NCBI GenBank assembly: GCA_002772995.1
Contig: PFCO01000005.1
Coordinates: 17,001-81,000, forward strand
Length of the DNA stretch: 64,000 nt
DNA from: Candidatus Niyogibacteria bacterium CG10_big_fil_rev_8_21_14_0_10_46_36
GTDB lineage: Bacteria; Patescibacteriota; Minisyncoccia; 1-14-0-10-42-19
Direction: 5' to 3'
Part shown: positions 27,634 through 36,599 of the stretch, piece by piece
Layout: each line of letters opens with the position of its first letter
Position numbering within the stretch: the first letter of the stretch is position 1
Notes under the pieces: generated by a model
Database searches by the model: none
What the model saw: the letters and a program-made list of their open reading frames with translations, nothing else
What the model was told of the DNA's origin: nothing
Made by a program: the position numbers and the translations under genes

Positions 27634-27990
27634 ATGATACAGACACTCAAAGACACACGCCCGCTTCTTTGGTTTGCGGCACTCGCGGTGCTCATGCTTC
27701 CATTCTTAGCGGAAGCACAAACCATTAACACATTGCTTCAGGATATAAGCGACATCTTGAACACGGTTATTCCGATCTTGATGATTTTGGCAACTCTCAT
27801 CTTCTTGTGGGGTATTATCACCTACATCACTGCAGCAGGAGACGAAGAGAAGCTGAAGAGCGCACGCACATACATCATTTGGGGACTCATCGGACTCTTT
27901 GTAATGGTTGCGGTATGGGGACTCGTACAAGTATTGCTGAACACGTTCGGCGTAGGAACACCGGGAACGCCTCTTGGACCTCAACAATAA
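27634..27990 (+). CDS. VirB2/TrbC-like pilin (possible major subunit)
   Basis: AEA-Q signal, FLWGIITYITAAGDEEKLKSARTYIIWGLIGLFVM; own leader and terminator. Confidence 0.85.
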   Translation: MIQTLKDTRPLLWFAALAVLMLPFLAEAQTINTLLQDISDILNTVIPILMILATLIFLWGIITYITAAGDEEKLKSARTYIIWGLIGLFVMVAVWGLVQVLLNTFGVGTPGTPLGPQQ

Positions 27991-28001
27991 TTCCAACTTT
28001 T

Positions 28002-28047
28002 AAAAACAAAAACCGTCCTCGGGAACGCCGGGGCGGTTTTTGTTTTT
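28002..28047 (+). terminator. Intrinsic terminator
   Basis: AAAAACAAAAACCG...CGGTTTTTGTTTTT. Confidence 0.75.
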
Positions 28048-28098
28048 GTCCTCTTAAGACAATAGACAACTAATTTTCTAACAGGGTATACTAGAGAT

Positions 28099-28434
28099 AT
28101 GAAACATCTGGTAAAAATATATACGATTACTTATGCATTTTTCGGTGCTCACACCGCGCTTGCCCAGCAAGGCGACTACACCATAGAAGGACTAGTGAAT
28201 AAGATAATACAGCTGGTTATCAACCCCCTCATCACCCTTCTCATGGTGGTGGGAACGGTGGTGTTTTTGTGGGGACTCGTCGAATTTCTTATGAGCCCTG
28301 ATAACGAAGAAAAGCGAAGCACCGGAAAGCGCCACATGATGTGGGGTATCATCGGGCTGTTTTTAATGGCAAGTGCATGGGGCATCGTTTATGTCCTCTG
28401 CGACTTTTTTGAGACTTGCAGCCTGATACTTTAA
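28099..28434 (+). CDS. VirB2/TrbC-like pilin
   Basis: FLWGLVEFL...EEKRSTGKRHMMWGIIGLFLM. Confidence 0.82.
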   Translation: MKHLVKIYTITYAFFGAHTALAQQGDYTIEGLVNKIIQLVINPLITLLMVVGTVVFLWGLVEFLMSPDNEEKRSTGKRHMMWGIIGLFLMASAWGIVYVLCDFFETCSLIL

Positions 28435-31049
28435 CTTTTTTTAGTGTTTTTTACCGTCTGCAGATCGGCCCATGTAAGGCCGATTTTTGTTTCTACGGGA
28501 AAATCTATGTCTGTATGTGGATGTATGTTCTCAAGAACGGCGGGAATGAACGCGCTTGCTTCTTCGCTCACCCGCTCGTCAACCTCAAAAAGAAGTTCGT
28601 CATGTATCTGCAAAATAAGCTTCGCTTTTCCTTTAAGCGTTTTGTTTTTTTCTATCTCTCGAGACGCTTCGCTCATTGCTTTTTTAATCATGTCAGCCTC
28701 GCTCCCCTGTATGGGCGCGTTTATTGCCATACGCTCCGCCTCCCGCTGGATATGAATGACCCGCGAACGGATATCGGGCAAAAAGCGCTTTCGTCCGAAC
28801 ATTGTCTCAACATATCCGTTTTTTCGCGCCTGCTCCTTTACCGTCTCAAAATAGGCAAATAATTTCGGATATTGGCGGAAATAATTATCCAAGAATAACC
28901 CCGCTTCGTTCCGCGACACCTCCAGGTTTTGGGAAAGCGCCTGCACCCCCATGCCATACAATATCCCGAAGTTTATCACTTTTGCGCGCCTCCGCATTTC
29001 TGCAGTGATGTCTTTTTCGGGAACGGAAAACATTTGTGCGGCTGTTGCGCTATGGATATCCTCGCCCCTGCGAAATACCGCGAGCATTTTTTCTTCTCCC
29101 GATAACAATGCAGCTATACGCAGCTGGATCTGGGAATAATCACACGCGAGAAGAACTTTTTGAGGCCCTGCAACAAATGCCCGCCGTATGTGGTCTCCCA
29201 AAAGTGAACGCGTAGGAATATTTTGCATATTCGGATCGGATGACGAAAGCCTGCCGGTTACCGTTCCTGTCTGATGAAATACAGAGTGAATCCTCCCGTC
29301 GCTTCCGGCAAGCTTCGGCAGAACACTTATGTATGTTGAATGAATCTTTCCTATTTCGCGATACGCCATTATCTTTTCAATAATGGGATGCGCTCCCTTT
29401 AATTTTGTGAGTTCAGAAAACCGTGTGGAACGCTGTCCCGTTCCTGTTTTTTTTACGCCCTTTGCCGATATCCCCAGCACATCAAAAAGTATGCGCCCCA
29501 GCTCTTTCGGGGAATTGATTAAAAATTTTTCTCCCGCATACGCATGGATTTCCTTTTCTAAAGCAACGAGCTCTGCGCCCGTCTTTTTTTCAAGCTGCTC
29601 AAGCGCTGTTTTGTTAATGCATATACCCTCTTTCTCCATGGAAAAGAGCACCGGAACTACGGGCATTTCTATCTCGCGGTATACGCGCAGTAAATCTTTT
29701 TCTTCTAATTCAGACACAAGCTCCTCATACAACTCGGGGAGAAGGCCGAGATAGCCTTCTGTGGTCTTTTTTTTGCCCGGACGGAGCGTCTGCGCCACAT
29801 CTTCTAAAGACGGGTCGGTTTTACGCGGATCTTTCAGCCAAAACAATATCTGGATATCATCGGTAAATGAAAGTGATACGCCACAGCGGTCAAAAACATG
29901 CATGAGCGACTTTGCGTCAAACGCTTTTTGGCCTTTTTTCTCTTGCAGCGCAATATATTGTTTTTTGTATTTTGGTATATCTTGCTCCGGCAAGGCAAAT
30001 ATGCGCTTTGCATCAGTAACAACAAACGCCGTTCCGTCATAAAATGCCCAGAAGAGAGACTCCGCGCGCAAAATCTCCTTCCATGATTGAGCGGTGAGGC
30101 TGCTTGCCGCAGAAGAGTCTTTGTCTGCTTTTTCCTGAGCGCCGCTCCTCTGAACACGTTCAATGATGCTTGTAAAACCAAGCTTCGAAAGAAACAAAAC
30201 CCCCTCTTCTGAAATGCCATCCCTGTGTGCGGCTTCTTCCAAAGAAAAAGATACGGGAACATCGCGCTTAATGGTCGCGAGCTCTTTTGAGAATGCAGCA
30301 CCTTCTGCTTGATCGCACAACAGCCCAATGATGCGGTCTTTAATGCCCGCGGACTTGAGTTTTTCAGGGTTTTTCTTCGCAAGTGACAGTATGTTTTCAA
30401 GCGTTCCAAAATGAGAAATCAGAGTTGATGCTGTTTTTTCTCCTATGCCTTTCACACCCGGAATATTGTCTGACGGATCGCCGCGAAGACCCTTAAAATC
30501 AACGAGCAATTCGGGAGAAAACCCAAATCGCTCCTCCACCGCTTTTTCGTCATACAGCACGGTATCTTGTATACCCTTTCGCAGCGTGTATACCTGCACG
30601 CGCGCGCCATCAACAAGCTGAAGCGCATCAAGATCCCCCGAGGCAATAATAATAGAAAGGTTTTTTGTTTTTTTAACTTTTTGTACGATTGTCCCGATAA
30701 CATCATCGGCCTCAAATCCGTCTTTGGAGTACGCGGGTATGTGGAACGCGCGCAAAAGATCGCGCGAAATATCAAATTGCGAAACAAGCTCATCGTCTGT
30801 TTCCGCGCGGGTCCCCTTGTACGCCTCATACGCTGCGTGCCGGAATGTCGGCGCCTTTACATCATACGCTGCGGCAATATAATCAGGTTTTAATTCCCTG
30901 ATTATTTTTAATATCATGGTCGCAAAGCCATACAAAGCGCCCGTCGGCTGGCCGTCGGGGGATGTAAACGAAGGAAGCGCATGATACGCCCGGTGCAGTA
31001 TTGCGTGCGCATCAAGCAAAACGAGTGTTTTTGTTTTATGCATAGTCAT
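28431..31049 (-). CDS. polA: DNA polymerase I
   Basis: LLDAH...RAYHA, FEADDVIG, GDPSDNIPGV, TGRLSSSDPNMQNIP, DYSQI, AKVINFGILYG, QIHDEL. Confidence 0.96.
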   Translation of the reverse strand: MTMHKTKTLVLLDAHAILHRAYHALPSFTSPDGQPTGALYGFATMILKIIRELKPDYIAAAYDVKAPTFRHAAYEAYKGTRAETDDELVSQFDISRDLLRAFHIPAYSKDGFEADDVIGTIVQKVKKTKNLSIIIASGDLDALQLVDGARVQVYTLRKGIQDTVLYDEKAVEERFGFSPELLVDFKGLRGDPSDNIPGVKGIGEKTASTLISHFGTLENILSLAKKNPEKLKSAGIKDRIIGLLCDQAEGAAFSKELATIKRDVPVSFSLEEAAHRDGISEEGVLFLSKLGFTSIIERVQRSGAQEKADKDSSAASSLTAQSWKEILRAESLFWAFYDGTAFVVTDAKRIFALPEQDIPKYKKQYIALQEKKGQKAFDAKSLMHVFDRCGVSLSFTDDIQILFWLKDPRKTDPSLEDVAQTLRPGKKKTTEGYLGLLPELYEELVSELEEKDLLRVYREIEMPVVPVLFSMEKEGICINKTALEQLEKKTGAELVALEKEIHAYAGEKFLINSPKELGRILFDVLGISAKGVKKTGTGQRSTRFSELTKLKGAHPIIEKIMAYREIGKIHSTYISVLPKLAGSDGRIHSVFHQTGTVTGRLSSSDPNMQNIPTRSLLGDHIRRAFVAGPQKVLLACDYSQIQLRIAALLSGEEKMLAVFRRGEDIHSATAAQMFSVPEKDITAEMRRRAKVINFGILYGMGVQALSQNLEVSRNEAGLFLDNYFRQYPKLFAYFETVKEQARKNGYVETMFGRKRFLPDIRSRVIHIQREAERMAINAPIQGSEADMIKKAMSEASREIEKNKTLKGKAKLILQIHDELLFEVDERVSEEASAFIPAVLENIHPHTDIDFPVETKIGLTWADLQTVKNTKKS

Positions 31050-31504
31050 GATACTAATGAGACGGAGATGCCGCGCATAGTGCCTTTTTTATGGCGGAAC
31101 CGTATTTCAAATCTTTGTTTCGGCAAGAATGAGACTATCCGTTCTGGCCACTCAATAAAAATGATGTTTTTGGGATCCGAAAAAATGTTGCCCCACCCCA
31201 GAGAAGTGATATCCTTTGCTGACCGCAACCGGTATGCGTCAATATGATGGAGCTGCGTGTGTTTTCTACTCTTCTTTATTGTATACGATTTCAATAAAAC
31301 AAATGTCGGGCTTTGGATGCCCACACGTATACCAAACCCCAATGCTACTCCCTTCATACATGTAGTTTTTCCGCTTCCCAGATCGCCGGACAAGCCAACT
31401 ACAAGAGCGCCCTTTGAGGAAAGCGCCTGTATCGCGCGGGCAAATGCTGCTCCAAACCGCTTTGTTTCTTTTTCGCTCTCTGATGTGTAATGAAATAATT
31501 GCAT
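31046..31504 (-). CDS. tsaE: tRNA threonylcarbamoyladenosine biosynthesis ATPase TsaE
   Basis: GDLGSGKTT, SPTF, HIDAYRL, IEWPE. Confidence 0.93.
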   Translation of the reverse strand: MQLFHYTSESEKETKRFGAAFARAIQALSSKGALVVGLSGDLGSGKTTCMKGVALGFGIRVGIQSPTFVLLKSYTIKKSRKHTQLHHIDAYRLRSAKDITSLGWGNIFSDPKNIIFIEWPERIVSFLPKQRFEIRFRHKKGTMRGISVSLVS

Positions 31505-31534
31505 AGCGTCTCTTGATACTATACTAGGATGAAT

Positions 31535-31562
31535 AAAAAAAGCTAACGCGGAAAGCGTTAGC
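31535..31562 (-). terminator. Intrinsic terminator
   Basis: A-run then GCTAACGC-GGAAA-GCGTTAGC. Confidence 0.7.
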
Positions 31563-31572
31563 GGAATATATC

Positions 31573-31806
31573 TTAACGATGACGGTTATGGTGGTTGTTC
31601 TGGTGGCGATTATTATAATTGCGGTCGTTGTGGCGACGGTCGTGATGACGGTTATGGTGGCGGTTGTGCGAATGAGGCCTTTGAATCTGATAGATGTAGC
31701 CAGGCGGATATCCGTGGTGGTAATAACCGCGATAATAGCCGCCGGTCACCACACATGAAGAAAGAAAAAGAGCTATTGCAATCAGAAAAAATACTGTCTT
31801 ATACAT
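31573..31806 (-). CDS. Small His/Arg/Asn-rich putative lipoprotein
   Basis: SD AAAGGAGGT, lipobox-like LSS-C, low-complexity tail. Confidence 0.7.
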   Translation of the reverse strand: MYKTVFFLIAIALFLSSCVVTGGYYRGYYHHGYPPGYIYQIQRPHSHNRHHNRHHDRRHNDRNYNNRHQNNHHNRHR

Positions 31807-31859
31807 GCCACACCTCCTTTGGTTTTGATTTTGCTTTTCTTACCGTATCACGCCAGAAC

Positions 31860-31902
31860 AAAAAAAGAAAGGCTGGAAGTTTTATAAAAAACTCCAGCCT
31901 TT
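31860..31902 (-). terminator. Intrinsic terminator
   Basis: AAAGGCTGGA...TCCAGCCTTT with A-run. Confidence 0.65.
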
Positions 31903-31905
31903 GAT

Positions 31906-32274
31906 TTATCGCCAAATATCGTATATTTCCTGAGCAGTTGCCGCTCCGCCGGAGATCATCTGTCCGCCAACGAATATGGTTTCTAAAATTTTATCCGTTT
32001 TAGATCTTCCGTAATTTCCGCCGTAACTTCCATATCCGTTTCTGTATATGTTCCCACTATATGTATTGCGCGTATGGGGATAGATGGCTCGCTCATAGCA
32101 ATGGCCTCTTATTTCTCCGTACATGCCCTCTATCGGCTGGCAACCCGCAGAAACAACTACCTTTTCCTTCGGTCTGTATGCGATAACGCCAAAGTCATCA
32201 CCTGCCTGTCCCACTACCGGGAACACGGCAACGGCAATAAATAAAACCATGAGTAACGCTATCAATCTTTTCAT
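31906..32274 (-). CDS. Hypothetical secreted protein
   Basis: SD AAGGAGG before MKRLIALL; signal peptide; Gly/Tyr-rich. Confidence 0.7.
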   Translation of the reverse strand: MKRLIALLMVLFIAVAVFPVVGQAGDDFGVIAYRPKEKVVVSAGCQPIEGMYGEIRGHCYERAIYPHTRNTYSGNIYRNGYGSYGGNYGRSKTDKILETIFVGGQMISGGAATAQEIYDIWR

Positions 32275-32359
32275 TTTTGCCTCCTTGCCCAAACATCCCA
32301 GCATACAAAAGGATAGGGCTTTTTGATTTTTTAAAAGAGTTCTCCTAGTTTCAATTTGG

Positions 32360-32388
32360 ATTATATCAAATTTTTATAAAAAAGTCAA
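32360..32388 (-). promoter_or_regulatory. sigma70-type promoter
   Basis: Minus strand TTGACT-17 nt-TATAAT. Confidence 0.72.
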
Positions 32389-32417
32389 TAACTAAAACAC
32401 CTTATTTTAAGCCAAAA

Positions 32418-32448
32418 TAAACGGCTCACACGCCGTGTGAGCCGTTTA
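32418..32448 (-). terminator. Intrinsic terminator of the rpsO-NYN-pnp-hypothetical unit
   Basis: TAAACGGCTCACAC-GCC-GTGTGAGCCGTTTA perfect 14-bp stem. Confidence 0.78.
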
Positions 32449-32459
32449 ACTCCCTATCG

Positions 32460-33407
32460 CTAGAGAGATGGCGGGGTTACTAAAAACCGGTCTATCACCC
32501 GCTCCATTGCAGCAAGCGAAGTGGTAATAATGAGAATCTTCCGGTTAAAAAATCCATATACAAGTATCGTCTGCCCTTGGTCGTTTTGAAGGAACCGGAC
32601 GTCTTGGTTTTTAATTATCGTATCTTGAAACCGTTCAAATTTGCGCTCAGGCGACCCTTGCGGAAGGAGATTCCGAATCGCTAACGGCTGCTCTTGCTCC
32701 CACGCAAGCATGCCTGCAAACGCTTGCTCAAACGATGTCACCGGAATAATAAATACTGGCTTTGCGCCTTCCGGTGTTCCAAATATACCAAGCGTCCACG
32801 GCGCGGTCATGCTCACACGGAGCGAAGGAGGCAGCTGAATCCCCAAAAAATCAAACCATTCCCCCGGAGAAAGATACCGTTGCCGGAGCTCATTGAATAC
32901 GAATACGCCAAGCATCTGCTGTTCGGGTATGCTTCGCAATAATAAATTTTGCCACTCTGGAACAAAGTCAGAAGGCGAATTCCGCACGGTTATCGTCCGT
33001 TCATCAAATAACGGATAGACTGGCGCCGGCTTCTCGATGCGCGGCGCTATCTGCATGCCGCCGTTCTGTAAAAAAAGAAATCCGGCAACGCCAATGCCGC
33101 CGAGCATCACAATAATGACTAAAATAAAAATAATTTTTTTGTAGTTTGTGCGGGCCTCCGGCGCTTGAACTATCTTTTTCTTGCTCTGCTGTGCTGCCAA
33201 CGATGTCATAGACACCCCTTTTTCTTTCACAAACCGTTCGGCGTCCGCGCGGAATGTCCGAAGACGCGAAAGCCCTCCCTGATCTTTTTCGGGTTGCTGG
33301 GGCAGAGCAGTTTGCTGCTCCGGAGCGGCCCCTTGTTGCCGCGCCCGCCCTTTTAATTGTTGGTTGTCTTGCGAAGAGTCGCGTGGTTCTTGTGGTGAGC
33401 CGTTCAT
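32460..33407 (-). CDS. Hypothetical single-pass membrane protein
   Basis: Disordered N-terminus, TM, globular C-terminus; co-oriented with pnp. Confidence 0.75.
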   Translation of the reverse strand: MNGSPQEPRDSSQDNQQLKGRARQQGAAPEQQTALPQQPEKDQGGLSRLRTFRADAERFVKEKGVSMTSLAAQQSKKKIVQAPEARTNYKKIIFILVIIVMLGGIGVAGFLFLQNGGMQIAPRIEKPAPVYPLFDERTITVRNSPSDFVPEWQNLLLRSIPEQQMLGVFVFNELRQRYLSPGEWFDFLGIQLPPSLRVSMTAPWTLGIFGTPEGAKPVFIIPVTSFEQAFAGMLAWEQEQPLAIRNLLPQGSPERKFERFQDTIIKNQDVRFLQNDQGQTILVYGFFNRKILIITTSLAAMERVIDRFLVTPPSL

Positions 33408-33421
33408 GTCATAAAGACAAC

Positions 33422-35584
33422 TTAGCGACGGCGCTTTCTTTGCTCATAGTGCTTGTGATCGTCGGGGTCGTTATTCTCAGGAAAATCAGATTGTTTCATG
33501 TCCGGGCGTGCCGCCTTGTGCGACAAGTTAATGCGCCCCTGGTCATCAATATCCTTTACCTTGACCGGGATCATATCCCCAGGCTTTACGATATCGGTTA
33601 CTTTGCGCACATGCCATGGAGCAAGTTCTGAAATATGCACAAGCCCTTCTTGGCCGGGCGCAATTTCAACCATCGCCCCAAACTCAAAAATGCGCGTCAC
33701 TTTTCCAACAACTTCCTCGCCGGACTGAAATTCCTTTGTGAGCAGTAAAATCATTTCTTCCGCCTTCTTCCCTCCTTCTTGCGTTGTAGAAGTGATGAAT
33801 ATGCTCCCGTCTTGTTCAATATCAATAGCGGCTCCGGTCTGGTCAATTATCTTATTGATAACCTTCCCCCCCGGACCGATAACATCCTTTATTTTTTCGG
33901 GATTAATGGAAAGAATAATGATGCGCGGAGCGTGTTTAGACAGTTCCGCGCGCGGTTCTTTAATCGCGCCCGCAATAACACCAAGGATTTGTGTACGCGC
34001 TTTTTTAGCAGCAGCCATCGCGTCTTTTAATATGTCAACCGTTACTCCTTCTACTTTAACATCCATCTGAATGGCCGTTAAGCCGTCTGCGGTTCCCGCG
34101 GCTTTAAAATCCATATCACCATGATGATCCTCGGGTCCCTGGATATCGGTAAGCACCTTGTATTCTTTTTCATTTTTCATCATGAGGCCCATGGCAATGC
34201 CGGCGACCGGTTTTTTAATAGGGATGCCCGCATCCATCATGGCCAAGGTAGATGCACACACAGACGCCATCGAAGTAGAGCCGTTTGAAGACATAGCCTC
34301 CGAAACTATTCGTATCGTATAAGGAAACTCGTTTTGCGGAGGAATAACCGGAATGAGCGCGCGTTCTGCAAGAGCGCCGTGCCCTATTTCGCGCCTCCCG
34401 GGAGAGCCCATGCGGCCCACCTCTCCGGTTGAGAACGGCGGAAAGTTATAGTGGTGCATAAACCGCTTTTTTGTTTTTATCTCCATCCCCTCGATGAGCT
34501 GCACATCGCTTGGCGCACCAAGCGTTACAAGGGATAAAATATGCGTCTCGCCCCGGTAAAAAATACCCGAACCATGCGTGCGCGGCAACACTCCCACCAT
34601 TGCTTTCAATTCTCGCACCTCATCAAGCGCACGCTTATCAGGACGCTTGTCTTCCTTGAAAATGTTTTCGTGCACTATTTCGTCAATAAATTCTTCGAAT
34701 ATATCGTCCGCCGCATTCAGCGCATCAGGGTTGTGCTCTTCAACAAAACTCATCCATTCTTTTTTCAGCTCTCCGATCCGGAAATTGCGTGTCGGCTTAT
34801 CAAAAATATAAACAATGTCGTTTAAGCGTTCCATGAAGTGCTTACGAAACATATCGGATACTTCAGGAACATCGCCGAATAGCGGCACCTCCTTCTTCTC
34901 TTTGCCGGTTTTTTCTATAATGTCCCGCTGGAATGCTTCAATCTTTTTCATCTCTGCAAGCGCGTGCGTAAAGGCTTCGGCCATCCGGTCTTCGCTTACT
35001 TCATTCGTGCCCGCCTCAATCATGTTTATTTTGCCATCCTTGCCGGACACAATGACATCCATGCTGCCCGCCTCACGTTCCTTGTATGTCGGGTTGGTAA
35101 TGAATGAGGACACGTTTCCTCCTATGCGCACTGCGGAGACGGGACCCGCCCAAGGAATATCGGATGTTGCGAGCGCGAGAGAAGCTGCGATAACCGCCGG
35201 AATATCCGGGTCATTTTCACCGTCAACGGAAAGCGTAGTAACTACAACCTGAATCGCATTTCGTATTTTTTTATTAAAAAGGGGCCGCAGTGTGCGATCT
35301 ATCAAACGGCCGACAAGTACCGCTTCTTCCGACGGTCTGCCTTCCCGGCGCATAAAGCGCGAGCCCAAAATTGCGCCTGCCGCGTAGAATTTTTCTTCGT
35401 AATCAACGGTGAGCGGAAAATACCCGACTGATTCGCGGGGTTCTTCAGACATGGTTGCCGTCGCAAAAACGACCGTTTCGCCGAAGTGGACGGTAACCGA
35501 CCCGTTAGCGTGCATCGCTAGGTCTGAAAATTCAACAATAAGCTTTCGACCGCCTATTTCGGTCTCAAAAGTTTGTGTAGACAT
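33422..35584 (-). CDS. pnp: Polyribonucleotide nucleotidyltransferase
   Basis: FPLTVDYEEK, HHYNFPPFS, RREIGHG, SNGSTSMASVC, DMDFKAAG, KH and S1 domains. Confidence 0.97.
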   Translation of the reverse strand: MSTQTFETEIGGRKLIVEFSDLAMHANGSVTVHFGETVVFATATMSEEPRESVGYFPLTVDYEEKFYAAGAILGSRFMRREGRPSEEAVLVGRLIDRTLRPLFNKKIRNAIQVVVTTLSVDGENDPDIPAVIAASLALATSDIPWAGPVSAVRIGGNVSSFITNPTYKEREAGSMDVIVSGKDGKINMIEAGTNEVSEDRMAEAFTHALAEMKKIEAFQRDIIEKTGKEKKEVPLFGDVPEVSDMFRKHFMERLNDIVYIFDKPTRNFRIGELKKEWMSFVEEHNPDALNAADDIFEEFIDEIVHENIFKEDKRPDKRALDEVRELKAMVGVLPRTHGSGIFYRGETHILSLVTLGAPSDVQLIEGMEIKTKKRFMHHYNFPPFSTGEVGRMGSPGRREIGHGALAERALIPVIPPQNEFPYTIRIVSEAMSSNGSTSMASVCASTLAMMDAGIPIKKPVAGIAMGLMMKNEKEYKVLTDIQGPEDHHGDMDFKAAGTADGLTAIQMDVKVEGVTVDILKDAMAAAKKARTQILGVIAGAIKEPRAELSKHAPRIIILSINPEKIKDVIGPGGKVINKIIDQTGAAIDIEQDGSIFITSTTQEGGKKAEEMILLLTKEFQSGEEVVGKVTRIFEFGAMVEIAPGQEGLVHISELAPWHVRKVTDIVKPGDMIPVKVKDIDDQGRINLSHKAARPDMKQSDFPENNDPDDHKHYEQRKRRR

Positions 35585-35591
35585 AGAGCAG

Positions 35592-35660
35592 AAACACCGC
35601 TCTCCAGATTTTAGATTAGCTAGACGCCTAGATAATCTACCTATCCAAAGACCGATGCTT
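35592..35660 (-). promoter_or_regulatory. Long stem-loop directly upstream of pnp
   Basis: Minus strand AAGCATCG.TCTTTGGAT...TAGATTA.CTAG-GCGT-CTAG.TAATCTA..ATCTGGAGA.CGGTGTTT. Confidence 0.6.
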
Positions 35661-35704
35661 TGTTTTATAAATAATAATTATGTGCGCACTTTATAGGCAC
35701 ACTA

Positions 35705-36229
35705 TCATCTTTTTCCTGAGGGCGCAAGAAGAAACTTCTTTGACGAATCAAGATCTATAAAATCGTCAGCAACCTCAATCAGCTGCGCAGAAGTAGAACG
35801 CCCGAACGCGATAACTTCGACTTGCCGTCCTTTGTTCTTTAGATACTCAACAAGCGAAACAAAATCTCCGTCACCCGAAACGATGATGATTACATCAACC
35901 ACCTCAGAAAATCGTATGGCATCCACCACGATACCGACATCCCAGTTTCCCTTTTTCGCGCCACCATAAAACTCCTGCAACTGCCGCTCGCGCATCTCAA
36001 TACCCATCTTCTCAAGCGCCCCCAAGAATGCCTTTTCCGTTCCCATCTTCGTGGTCACAACATAGGCAACCGCACGCACGAGCTGACGGCCAGCACGCGC
36101 GGCTTTTACTACCTCATTAAAATTGACGCGCTTATTATAAAGAGAGCGCGCAGAATGATACAAGTTCTGAACATCAATAAGGATCGCTACCCGCTGATCC
36201 TTATGCTTAAATATTTTTTTCCCTGGCAT
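35705..36229 (-). CDS. NYN-domain (LabA/DUF88) protein
   Basis: VAILIDVQNL, KKGNWDVGIVVD, VSGDGDF, ADDFIDL. Confidence 0.9.
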   Translation of the reverse strand: MPGKKIFKHKDQRVAILIDVQNLYHSARSLYNKRVNFNEVVKAARAGRQLVRAVAYVVTTKMGTEKAFLGALEKMGIEMRERQLQEFYGGAKKGNWDVGIVVDAIRFSEVVDVIIIVSGDGDFVSLVEYLKNKGRQVEVIAFGRSTSAQLIEVADDFIDLDSSKKFLLAPSGKR

Positions 36230-36495
36230 TATTTTTTGAGTCCTACTTTCTTAATAATACTATTATATCGCTTTTGGTCGGTGCGCGATAAATAGTCAAT
36301 GAGAGCCTTGCGTTTCGCGACCATTTTTAAAAGGCCGCGCCGCGAATGGTTGTCTTTTGCGTGGTTTTTGAGATGGGAAGTAAGCCGCTTAATTTCTTCC
36401 GAAAGAATGGCTATCTGCACCTCCGATGAGCCGGTATCCGATTCATGGAGCCTATATTTATCGATTATTCGCTGTTTTTGCTTTACATTAAGCAT
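36229..36495 (-). CDS. rpsO: 30S ribosomal protein S15
   Basis: [15 protein letters not shown]...[13 protein letters not shown]. Confidence 0.97.
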   Translation of the reverse strand: MLNVKQKQRIIDKYRLHESDTGSSEVQIAILSEEIKRLTSHLKNHAKDNHSRRGLLKMVAKRKALIDYLSRTDQKRYNSIIKKVGLKK

Positions 36496-36599
36496 TATTC
36501 GCCCATAATAGCATATTTATCCCCAAAAGGCAATATTTCAGGGGCCTGTTACGGAAAGGGTAAATATTGTGCGACATAAATATGTCGTATAATACAAGC

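Noticed and set aside
3275..32448. Shared GGCTCAC...GTGAGCC stems at 3279 and 32423 as cassette recombination sites
   Set aside because: Only a 7-bp shared stem; both sit where intrinsic terminators are expected and lack attC-type core sites
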